From Candidatus Xenobia bacterium (GTDB lineage Bacteria; Vulcanimicrobiota; Xenobia; Xenobiales; QWHO01): DNA of 64,000 nucleotides. The notes under the pieces are model-generated. The model searched no databases. It was given only the letters and a program-made list of their open reading frames with translations, and had not been told where the DNA came from. Shown here in pieces: positions 45,417-53,945 of this stretch. How positions within the stretch are numbered: the first letter of the stretch is position 1; each line of letters opens with the position of its first letter. Where the stretch lies: contig BTUM01000019.1 in the NCBI GenBank assembly GCA_045863235.1, forward strand, positions 18,691-82,690, written 5' to 3'. The position numbers were made by a program, and so were the translations under genes.

Positions 45417-46712
45417 TTGAAAACCTGGAATGTCCTCATCCAGCTGGCTTTGATCGCAGCCTTTTGCGCTCTCTGCTTCTGGTGGCTCTACGATGCACCC
45501 AACCACCGGCTGCGCCTGAAGCTCGGTCTGGACCTGCGCTCGGGCTCGCACATCGCCGTGCAGCTCATCCCCACGCCCGATGACCAGGGGAATATCATTC
45601 CCATCAACGAGCTGGTGCGCCAACAGACCATCCAGGTGTTCGAACGACGGCTCAATCCCGATGGCACGCTGGAGATCTTGATCACCCCCGAGGGCGTCGA
45701 CCGCCTGATCATCGAGATTCCCGAGATGACCGACAGCCAGAAGGCTGAGCAAATGGTCCAAAAGGTGGCCAAGCTCGAGTTCAGGCGCCGGGTGCCCAAC
45801 ATCGCCAAGGGCATCGTGGAGTGGAAAACCGTCATGGACGGCAAGTACATCAAGCGAGCCATGCCCGAGAGCAACATGGGCGGGGGCTGGGTGGTGGCCT
45901 TCGAGCTGACCGACAAGGGAGCCGACATCTTCGGCAACATCACCGCCGAGATGGTGGGCCAGCCGCTGGGCATCTTCTTCGACGGCCAACCGGTGGGCCC
46001 GGGGGCCACCGAGGCCGAGAAGCTCGAGCGCCAGCCCATCGTGCAGGAAGCCATCCGGGGGGGTCGCGGCCAGATCAGCGGCAGCTTCTCCGTGGAGCAG
46101 GCCCAGGAGCTGGCAACCTACCTCAACTCGGGCACGCTGCCTGTAAACGTCAAAGTACTCAGCTCCTTCACGGTCAGCCCTACCCTGGGCAAGGAATCGC
46201 TGGACTCGAGCGTCATGGCTTTCGGCGGCGGTCTGGGCATCATCGTGCTCTACATGATCTTGTATTATCGCTTGCCAGGCATCTGCGCCAGTATCGCGCT
46301 GGTGGCCTACGCGCTCATCGTGCTTGCCTCCATGAACATACCCGGCATGGAGTTCGTTCTCACGCTGCCCGGCATCGCAGGCTTCATCCTGTCCATCGGC
46401 ATCGCGGTGGATGCCAACGTGCTGCAGTTCGAGCGCCTCAAGGAGGAGCTGTGGCACGACAAGTCGGTGGGAACGGCCACCGACGTCGGCTTTGCCAGGG
46501 CCTGGTCGTCCATCCTGGACGGCCACGTCACCACCTTCATCGGCGCCTTCATCCTGTATGCCTTTGGTACCGCGACGGTCAAAGGCTTTGGAGCCACACT
46601 GATGATCGGAACGGTATGGAGCCTGATCACCGCCGTCTACATCACCCGCATGCTTCTCGAGTTCTTCATTTACGTCGCCAACGTCAAGAATCGCTGGCTT
46701 TACGGAGCCTAG
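45417..46712 (+). CDS. secD: Protein translocase subunit SecD
   Basis: N-terminal TM, periplasmic domain, and a C-terminal 5-TM SecD/SecF core (GLGIIVLYMILYYRLPG...). TTG start at 45417 preceded by AAGGAG. Confidence 0.85.
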   Translation: MKTWNVLIQLALIAAFCALCFWWLYDAPNHRLRLKLGLDLRSGSHIAVQLIPTPDDQGNIIPINELVRQQTIQVFERRLNPDGTLEILITPEGVDRLIIEIPEMTDSQKAEQMVQKVAKLEFRRRVPNIAKGIVEWKTVMDGKYIKRAMPESNMGGGWVVAFELTDKGADIFGNITAEMVGQPLGIFFDGQPVGPGATEAEKLERQPIVQEAIRGGRGQISGSFSVEQAQELATYLNSGTLPVNVKVLSSFTVSPTLGKESLDSSVMAFGGGLGIIVLYMILYYRLPGICASIALVAYALIVLASMNIPGMEFVLTLPGIAGFILSIGIAVDANVLQFERLKEELWHDKSVGTATDVGFARAWSSILDGHVTTFIGAFILYAFGTATVKGFGATLMIGTVWSLITAVYITRMLLEFFIYVANVKNRWLYGA

Positions 46713-46722
46713 GAGCTAAGTC

Positions 46723-47910
46723 ATGGATACCACCAAGATGATCGAAGTCGCCCTTTGGGCGATCATTCTGACGGCCATCGTCACCTGGGGCCAGTCGTTC
46801 CGCAAGAAGACGCGCGACCTGATGGGGAATCGACGCTACTTCTACTATGTCAGCGCCACTCTGGTAGTGGTCGGGCTGGGAGGAATCCTCATCCGGGGCG
46901 TGCAGCTCGGACTTGACTTCACCGGGGGCACGCTGGTCGAGCTCTCCTCGCCCCAGATGCTCACCGTCAACCAGGTGCGCGAAGCGATGGCTGACCCCCG
47001 GGTTGACGGCCAGAGCCCGGGCAGCGTGCCCATCGCCGACCTCCAGGTGCAGGTATCGGCCAGTCTCATCCCGGGCCTGGGCAAGGACGGCCAGCCAGCC
47101 CAGAAGATCATCTTGCGCATGAAGCGCCAGGGCAACGAAGAGCCAGCCCTGAGCGCAGATCAGACCCAGATGGTGGTCACCGTTCTGGGCGAGAAGCTCC
47201 AGACGACCTTGTTGCGCGAGGAGCGCATCGGGTCTACCATCACCGGCGAGCTGCAGATGAACGCCATCATGGCCCTCGTGATCACGCTCGGGCTCCAGCT
47301 CATCTACATTTATTTCCGGTTCGGGGGCCAGATGCGTTTCGGCCTGGCCGCCGACATCGCCCTGGTCCATGATGTGGTAATCATGCTGGGCATCTACGCC
47401 CTGGCCGGACGTCAGGTTGACTCGCCCTTCATCGCCGCTTTGCTGACCGTAACCGGCTATTCGGTGATGGATTCTGTGGTCATCTTCGACCGCATTCGCG
47501 AGAATCTCCGCATCACCAAGAACGCCACCTTTGACGAAGTGGTCAACCTTTCGGTGAACCAGACCATGACTCGCTCCATCAACACCACGCTGACGCCCAT
47601 CCTGACCCTGCTGGCCATCTACTTCTTCGGGGGCTCCACCCTGCAGAACTTCGCCTTCGCGCTGCTGGTGGGGATCTTCGCAGGCGCCTATTCGTCCATC
47701 TGCCTGGCCTCGCCCCTGCTGATCGAGATCGACCACTACGCCACCCGCAAGGAGAAGGAGCGGCTGGCGATGCGGCGCGAGCTGGCCGAGCAGAAGGCGG
47801 GCGAGCGCAAAAAGCGTGAGGTCACAGTGCGGCCCGAGGAGCTGGATCCCGTCGAGCAAGCCATGCAGGGTGCGGCCAGCGGCAAAAGACGGGGGCGACG
47901 TCGCCGCTGA
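46723..47910 (+). CDS. secF: Protein translocase subunit SecF
   Basis: GLDFTGGT motif and 6 TM helices. The C-terminal basic tail is unusual. Confidence 0.85.
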   Translation: MDTTKMIEVALWAIILTAIVTWGQSFRKKTRDLMGNRRYFYYVSATLVVVGLGGILIRGVQLGLDFTGGTLVELSSPQMLTVNQVREAMADPRVDGQSPGSVPIADLQVQVSASLIPGLGKDGQPAQKIILRMKRQGNEEPALSADQTQMVVTVLGEKLQTTLLREERIGSTITGELQMNAIMALVITLGLQLIYIYFRFGGQMRFGLAADIALVHDVVIMLGIYALAGRQVDSPFIAALLTVTGYSVMDSVVIFDRIRENLRITKNATFDEVVNLSVNQTMTRSINTTLTPILTLLAIYFFGGSTLQNFAFALLVGIFAGAYSSICLASPLLIEIDHYATRKEKERLAMRRELAEQKAGERKKREVTVRPEELDPVEQAMQGAASGKRRGRRRR

Positions 47911-47912
47911 GC

Positions 47913-49049
47913 TTGATCCCCGAGCGCGTCCCTCATCCGGTCGATCGAATGAAGATCCTGGCCAGGATGATCCACATCACCTCGCATCTGAGCGACCTGG
48001 AATCCCTGCAGGAAATCCTGATGGACCACTTGCTGGAGCTGGTGGGAGCAGAGCGGGGCTTCCTGATGCTGGTCGACCCCGAAAGCGGCGCGCTGGAATT
48101 CTGCACGGCTCGCAACTTCTCTAAGGAAAGCCTGTTCGAGTCTGAGTTTCAGGTAAGCCGTAGCATCATTTTCGAGACCTTCCGCAGCCGAGAGGCCGTG
48201 CTGACCTCCAATGCCCAGGATGATGAGCGTTTCCAGAGCGCGATCAGTGTCCAGGAGCTCGGCTTGCGGGCGGTCATGTGCGTACCGGTGGTCGTGCAAG
48301 ACGAGGCCATCGGAGTGCTCTACGTCGACAACCGCTTGCGGCTGGGAGCCTTCGAGACAGAGGACCTCGAATTCATGAAGACCTTTGCCGATCAAGCCGG
48401 GGCCAGCATCCACCGAACCCGCCTGACCCGGGAACGAAACCGACTGGCCCAGCTGTTCAGTCGCTATGTCAGCCCCGAGGTGGTTGGCGAGTTACTGGCC
48501 CGCCCGCACGACGCGCTCAGCGCCCAGCGGCGCCGGGTCACGGTGATGTTCGTGGATCTGCGCGGCTTCTCGGCCCTCTCCGAGCAGCTTCCCCCGGCCG
48601 AGCTCCTGGACATGCTCAATGAATACTACGAGGGCATGCTCGAGGTACTGTTCGCTCACCGGGGCACCATTCTGTCCTTCCTGGGCGACGGCTTGCTGGC
48701 CGTCTTCGGGGCTCCGTTGGCCATGGAGCAACAGGAGTTGAGGGCCATTCAGTGCGCCAGGAATCTGATTCAATGGGGAGAAACCAGACAGGGGCTGAAG
48801 TTTGGGGTGGGTATGGCCACCGGCGAGGCGGTCGTAGGGGATCTGGGGGGCTCTCAGAGAAGAGACTACACGGTCGTGGGCGACCCGGTGAACACCGCCG
48901 CCCGACTCGAAAAACTCACCAAGAGCAAGGGGGTTGCGGTGCTGGTGGATGAGGAGACCTACCGCTCCAGCGGCCTGACGGGAGGAACCAACCTGGGGGC
49001 AGAGCTTCTGGCTGGCAAGTCCAATCCGGTCTCCCTCTGGGCCGTGTGA
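47913..49049 (+). CDS. GAF domain-containing class III adenylate/guanylate cyclase
   Basis: N-terminal GAF domain. CHD domain with RRVTVMFVDLRGFSAL..GDGLLAVFGAP... Starts 3 nt after the secF stop. Confidence 0.8.
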   Translation: MIPERVPHPVDRMKILARMIHITSHLSDLESLQEILMDHLLELVGAERGFLMLVDPESGALEFCTARNFSKESLFESEFQVSRSIIFETFRSREAVLTSNAQDDERFQSAISVQELGLRAVMCVPVVVQDEAIGVLYVDNRLRLGAFETEDLEFMKTFADQAGASIHRTRLTRERNRLAQLFSRYVSPEVVGELLARPHDALSAQRRRVTVMFVDLRGFSALSEQLPPAELLDMLNEYYEGMLEVLFAHRGTILSFLGDGLLAVFGAPLAMEQQELRAIQCARNLIQWGETRQGLKFGVGMATGEAVVGDLGGSQRRDYTVVGDPVNTAARLEKLTKSKGVAVLVDEETYRSSGLTGGTNLGAELLAGKSNPVSLWAV

Positions 49050-50338
49050 AACGCGGCCTGGTCGTGCTGGCTTTGACCGCTCTGCAGGCCTGTGGCCCTC
49101 CTCCCCCGGACCCGGCCCTGCACATGGCTCCCGACACCCCTCTGAGCGAATCGGCCTACGTCGCCTCCGATCGGGGCGGCCAGCTCTGGTTCCGACTCTA
49201 CCGGCGAGGTGACCCCTCGGACGAGCCCTTTCGCCCCAGCGGCGTGAGCGCCCCTGGCCGCATCCGAATTCCAGAAGGACACCTGGTAGATCTGGAGGTG
49301 CGCGGTCGCATCGGTCCCTTCCAGCTGTTCCGCGCCACCCAGGGCCGCGTCCAACCAGAGTCACACGTTTCCCTGGTCAGTGTGGTGGAGCTCGATTGGA
49401 ATCGCATCCTGGCCCTGGGACTGGTCAGCCTGGCCGGCCTCTCGGGAGCGCTCTGGCTGATCCTCGCCAGCCGCCTGCGCCACCGGGAGAATCAGGCACT
49501 GGAGCTCGAGGTCGAGCGCAACCAGGCTGAAGAACGGGCTCGGCGGGCCGAGTCGCGCACCGGTGGTGATCCCATTCGGCTGGGGCCGTACCGCATCCTG
49601 GAACGGCTCGGCCAGGGCGGGCACGCGGTGGTCTACCTGGTCGAAGACGAGTATGGCGACCGCTTCGCACTGAAAATTCCCAGCCAGCCCTCCCAGCGCT
49701 TCCAGCGAGAATGCGAAATCTTGCGGGAGCTGCGCCACCCGGGCATTGTGCGCTTGCACAGCTTCTCGGTCGCAAGCCAGGACGAACCGGCCTACATGGT
49801 GCTCGAACCGGTCGAAGGGGAGAGCCTGCTCGAGCGACTCGAGCGGCCCATGGCCCCTGAGGAAGCGGTGCGCATCGCGCGCGAGCTGCTGCAGGCGCTC
49901 GAATATGCTCATCAGGCCGGGGTCGTTCATCGCGACGTCTCGGCCGGCAACGTGCTCTTGACCGCTCAGGGAGTGCGCCTGCTCGACTTCGGGCTGGCCC
50001 GCCAGGATCTGCAGGTCACCCTGACGGCCCCCGACCAGACCCTGGGAACCCCTGCCTACGCCGCCCCGGAGCAGATCGACAGCCACACCGTCGACGCCCG
50101 GGCCGACCTTTTTGCGGTGGGCGTGTTGCTCTATCAGATGCTGACCGGGCGGCTACCCTGGCAAGAGCGCGACGCCGTCAAGCTGTTCCTGGCCAAGAGC
50201 AGCACGCCGCCGCCTCCTCCCAACCAGCTCAACCCGATGATTTCACGGTCGTTGAGCGAGCTCGTCATGGACCTGTTGCGGGCTGACCCCGCGGATCGAC
50301 CCGAATCGGCCGGGGCCGTGCTGAGGCGGCTGAGCTGA
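49046..50338 (+). CDS. Membrane Ser/Thr protein kinase with N-terminal extracytoplasmic domain
   Basis: Signal-like N-terminus, an extracytoplasmic region of about 100 aa, and a TM helix. Cytoplasmic Hanks kinase with FALKIP, HRDVSAGN, DFGLAR and APE motifs. 4-nt overlap with the cyclase gene. Confidence 0.8.
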   Translation: MKRGLVVLALTALQACGPPPPDPALHMAPDTPLSESAYVASDRGGQLWFRLYRRGDPSDEPFRPSGVSAPGRIRIPEGHLVDLEVRGRIGPFQLFRATQGRVQPESHVSLVSVVELDWNRILALGLVSLAGLSGALWLILASRLRHRENQALELEVERNQAEERARRAESRTGGDPIRLGPYRILERLGQGGHAVVYLVEDEYGDRFALKIPSQPSQRFQRECEILRELRHPGIVRLHSFSVASQDEPAYMVLEPVEGESLLERLERPMAPEEAVRIARELLQALEYAHQAGVVHRDVSAGNVLLTAQGVRLLDFGLARQDLQVTLTAPDQTLGTPAYAAPEQIDSHTVDARADLFAVGVLLYQMLTGRLPWQERDAVKLFLAKSSTPPPPPNQLNPMISRSLSELVMDLLRADPADRPESAGAVLRRLS

Positions 50339-51555
50339 TGGCAACTTTCCGCTACCGGGCTTCGGGCGCAGGGGGAGCGTTGAAGGAGGGGGTGCTGGAG
50401 GCAACCAGCAAACAGGATGCTTCCCGCTCCCTGCTGCAACGGGGCCTGATGGTCCTCGAGCTGAAAGAGGAGCGTGCTGCCGCTCCTCGCCAGCTGGTGG
50501 CCCCACCGGTCCCCCGGGCGATCGTCGCCCCGCCCCCTCGACTGACCCGGCTCTCGGCCATGGAAGCCGCGGTGCTGTTTCGCCAGCTGGCGGTCATGTT
50601 CCAGGCCGGCCTCTCGCTCTTTCGGGCAGTCACCTGCCTGGCCCAGCAGGCTGAGCGGCCCCGCCGGCGCCAGGCACTGGAGCTGCTGGCCGCCCGCCTG
50701 GCCGAGGGCTCCTCGCTGAGCCAGGCCATGGAGCTCTCCGGGCTCTTTTCGCAACTTGAGATCGGGGTGATGAAGGCGGGGGAGGAGTCGGGTATGCTCA
50801 GCGTCCTGCTCGAGCGACTGGCCCGGCTTCAAGAGCTGGAGTTGGCCTTTCAGCAACAGGTGAAGGCCCGCCTCAGCTACCCGGTTGGCGTGGCCGCAGC
50901 CATGGTGGTGGCCGCCTCGCTACTGACCATCTTGATGGGCCGAGTCGTCGCCTCCATGGGGAGCCTGGCCGAGGCCAGCCCCTTTCTGAGGTTGATCCAA
51001 CAACCCTGGCTGCCGGCCCTCATGCTGCTCGTCCCGCTAGCTCTGGGCTGGTTGGCCTGGTGGGGTTGGAGGGGCTCCTCCACCCGGGCCAGCATGGAGC
51101 GCGTCTTGCTGAGGTTTGCCGTGGTCGGGCCCCTGCTGCGCCGGGCCGAGTCAGCCCGCATCTGCCGTATTCTGGCCGTGCTGGCTTCCAGCGGACTGCG
51201 GGTGGATCGCAGTCTGAGCCTGGCCGCCGGCACGACCGGGAGCCCCCTGGCACGCGAGGCCCTCGAGGTCGCTCGCCGCCATCTGGTGGCGGGTGAAGGG
51301 CTGGCCGCCGCTCTGGCGGCAAGCGGCTATTTTCCGCGCGAGGTGATCCAGATGACCGCGGCCGGCGAGAGTTCCGGGCGGCTGGGGCCGATGCTCTCCA
51401 AAGTGGCCGAATATGCCGACCTTCAGGTTACCCAGTTCCTGGAGGCTGCGGTTACGGCCCTGGAGCCGCTGCTACTGAGCGTGCTCGGCTTTCTGGTCGG
51501 ACTTACCATGCTGGCCATCTTCGGGCCCCTTTACGGAGCTCTGGGCAGACTTTGA
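50338..51555 (+). CDS. Type II secretion system F (GspF/PilC/TadB-like) platform family membrane protein
   Basis: Two T2SS-F repeats (..AVLFRQLAVMFQAGLSL.. and ..CRILAVLASSGLRV..) with flanking TM helices. TGATG stop/start overlap with the kinase gene. Confidence 0.75.
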   Translation: MATFRYRASGAGGALKEGVLEATSKQDASRSLLQRGLMVLELKEERAAAPRQLVAPPVPRAIVAPPPRLTRLSAMEAAVLFRQLAVMFQAGLSLFRAVTCLAQQAERPRRRQALELLAARLAEGSSLSQAMELSGLFSQLEIGVMKAGEESGMLSVLLERLARLQELELAFQQQVKARLSYPVGVAAAMVVAASLLTILMGRVVASMGSLAEASPFLRLIQQPWLPALMLLVPLALGWLAWWGWRGSSTRASMERVLLRFAVVGPLLRRAESARICRILAVLASSGLRVDRSLSLAAGTTGSPLAREALEVARRHLVAGEGLAAALAASGYFPREVIQMTAAGESSGRLGPMLSKVAEYADLQVTQFLEAAVTALEPLLLSVLGFLVGLTMLAIFGPLYGALGRL

Positions 51556-52089
51556 CAGGCTCTGCTTGAGGCGAGCCGGCATGGGGTCGATGGGGTCGAG
51601 CTTCATCGCCGCATCGAACTGCTCGATCGCCTTCTCAGGCTGCTCCAGACGCACGTACACCAACCCCAGCGTGGTCCGAAACTGACTGATTCCAGGGTGG
51701 ACCCGACAGGCTTCCTGGAGCACCTCGATCGCCCTGTCGGGCTGCTTGCTCAGAAGGTAGCAGTGGGCCAGCAGGTCCCAGGCGGCCAGATAGTCGGGGC
51801 ACAGGTGGATGACCTGCTCCAGATGCTCGATCGCTTCCGGGAGGTGCCGATGATGCACCTCGTCCTCGGCCTGGGCATACAGGCTACGCGCCCGGTCAAA
51901 ATCGCGCCACTGGGCCTGCGCCCGGAGACTCATCGCCAGCGCGATCGGCAGGAGAAGGCAAAAGATCCCGATACTCAGGGCGCGTCGCCGCGACCCGGCT
52001 GGTGCTACTCGCATTCTGACAAGATTCGCCGCACCCGAGCCCCGGCCTCTCATGGAATGAGCCTTCCGTGCTGAAGCCTTCCGGGACAA
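51472..52089 (-). CDS. TPR repeat protein (membrane-anchored)
   Basis: TM helix followed by TPR-like repeats. Its 5' end overlaps the 3' end of the convergent GspF-like gene, so the true start is probably internal. Confidence 0.5.
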   Translation of the reverse strand: MSRKASARKAHSMRGRGSGAANLVRMRVAPAGSRRRALSIGIFCLLLPIALAMSLRAQAQWRDFDRARSLYAQAEDEVHHRHLPEAIEHLEQVIHLCPDYLAAWDLLAHCYLLSKQPDRAIEVLQEACRVHPGISQFRTTLGLVYVRLEQPEKAIEQFDAAMKLDPIDPMPARLKQSLSKSAQSSVKGPEDGQHGKSDQKAEHAQ

Positions 52090-52105
52090 CCCTCAGCACT
52101 TCACT

Positions 52106-52867
52106 TCAACGGCCGGCCCTGGCGCGCAGATCGACTCGCACCATGGGGACTTCGATCTCGCCCTCGTGGTCGCCCAGGAGCTGGTCGGTGAAGCTTTCCA
52201 GCTCGAGCTCGGTGAGCCGCTCCACATAGGGGCGCCAGCCCGCCTCAAACCAGCTTTTGAAGGCCTGGCGCGAGGCCAGGCGCCCGGTCCGAGAGATCAG
52301 CTCCAGCCGCTCCACTTTCAGATCGGTCAGAGCCCGCTGGAAGGGTTCGAGCCCCAGAAAGGTCCAGGGCATCTCGAAACCGGCGAACGCCTCGCGCCAG
52401 GCCGGCGAGCTTCGCAAAGTCTCCACCCGGTCCAGCCAGAAAGCCATGTTCCCCTGGCCGCCCAGTTGGACCCGGAGCAGTCCGCCCGGATTGAGCAGGC
52501 GACCCATGCGGGCCACGGCCGCGGGAGGATCGCTCAGCCAGTGCAGGCAAGCAAACGAGCAGACCAGATCGAAGCCCGGTGTGAACTCGAGCGAAGCCGC
52601 GTCGGCCACTTCAAAGCTCAAACCAGGTCGAGCGTAATTGCGAGTGGCAAAGTCCACCATTTCGGGGGCCAGATCCACACCCACCACCCGGGCGCCAGGA
52701 CAGCGTGCGGCGAGTTCCGCGGTCACCCGTCCACTTCCACAGCCAACATCCAGAATCGAGCCCACGGCCGTCAGGTCGAGTTGCTCGAGCACCTCCTGCG
52801 CAAGACCGAACTGGACCTGGCTGTGCTGGTCATAACTGGCCGGATTCCACACTGTGGGCCTCATCAC
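52106..52867 (-). CDS. Class I SAM-dependent methyltransferase (trans-aconitate methyltransferase-like)
   Basis: NPASYDQHSQVQ and the ILDVGCGSG motif I. Confidence 0.8.
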   Translation of the reverse strand: MMRPTVWNPASYDQHSQVQFGLAQEVLEQLDLTAVGSILDVGCGSGRVTAELAARCPGARVVGVDLAPEMVDFATRNYARPGLSFEVADAASLEFTPGFDLVCSFACLHWLSDPPAAVARMGRLLNPGGLLRVQLGGQGNMAFWLDRVETLRSSPAWREAFAGFEMPWTFLGLEPFQRALTDLKVERLELISRTGRLASRQAFKSWFEAGWRPYVERLTELELESFTDQLLGDHEGEIEVPMVRVDLRARAGR

Positions 52868-52886
52868 CGAGGTCCCCGAGAAGGGG

Positions 52887-53945
52887 TCACGGAGTCCAGT
52901 CGTCTTGCTTCTTCACCGACTGGCAGAAGGCTGCCAGCAAACGCACGCAATTGTCGAGGTCGTCAAGCTCGAGCATCTCGCAAGGATTGTGCATGTAGCG
53001 CAAGGGGATAGAGAGCAGTCCGGCTGCGACTCCTGCCCTGGAAAGCTGAATGACGTTGGCGTCGGTTCCGGTACCCCGAGGATTGGCCTCGACCTGATAG
53101 GGAATCTTGCCCGCCTCGGCCACCTCGACCAGACGCTGGAAAACGTGAGGATTGACGTTGGGGCCCCGAGCGATGACCGGGCCCTTTCCCATCTGGATGT
53201 CTCCGTGGCGCTTCTTGTCCGAGTCAGGCAGGTCGGTGGCATGGCAGACATCAATGGCGATTCCGATGGTGGGATTGATCCCGTAGGCGGCCGTCTGGGC
53301 CCCGCGTAACCCGATTTCTTCCTGCACCGCCGAGACTCCGTGCACCGATGCCGCCAGCTTCTTGCCCTTGAGCGAGCGCAAAGTCTCGGCCACGACATAG
53401 AGACCGCAGCGGTTGTCGAAGGCTTTGGAAGCAGCTCGACCATTGCGCAACAAGGTGAGACTGGCATCCATCGTAACCGGGTCGCCCAACTTGACCAGCT
53501 CGCGTGCCTCGTCACCGGAAGTGGCCCCGATGTCCACCCACATCTTGTGCAACTCGGACTTCTTCTTGCGCTCTTCCTCGTCCATGAGGTGGATGGCGCG
53601 CTTACCGAAAACGCCGGGTATGGAGCCCGAGGCGGTGTGCACCAGCGCCCGCTGAGCCACGATCACCTCGGCGTCCCAGCCCCCCGAGGCCACCACGAAG
53701 AGGTAGCCCTTGTCGTCGATGTACTTGACCAGAAAGCCGATCTCATCGGAGTGACCGTCGAGCATGATGCGGGGATTGCCCTTGGGGTTGGCGACAGCGA
53801 TCACCGAGCCCATCAGGTCGGTGCGCATCTCCCCCACCTGGCCCTCCAGGCGAGCACGAAAAACTTTCTGAACAGCCTGCTCATAGCCGGGCGTGCCGTG
53901 CGACTCAACGAGCTGTTGAAGGAACTCCAGGGCGCCCTTCTTCAT
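52887..53945 (-). CDS. M42 family metallopeptidase (FrvX/glutamyl aminopeptidase-like)
   Basis: GTPGYE ... MLDGHSDEIGF ... motifs. 352 aa. Confidence 0.85.
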   Translation of the reverse strand: MKKGALEFLQQLVESHGTPGYEQAVQKVFRARLEGQVGEMRTDLMGSVIAVANPKGNPRIMLDGHSDEIGFLVKYIDDKGYLFVVASGGWDAEVIVAQRALVHTASGSIPGVFGKRAIHLMDEEERKKKSELHKMWVDIGATSGDEARELVKLGDPVTMDASLTLLRNGRAASKAFDNRCGLYVVAETLRSLKGKKLAASVHGVSAVQEEIGLRGAQTAAYGINPTIGIAIDVCHATDLPDSDKKRHGDIQMGKGPVIARGPNVNPHVFQRLVEVAEAGKIPYQVEANPRGTGTDANVIQLSRAGVAAGLLSIPLRYMHNPCEMLELDDLDNCVRLLAAFCQSVKKQDDWTP

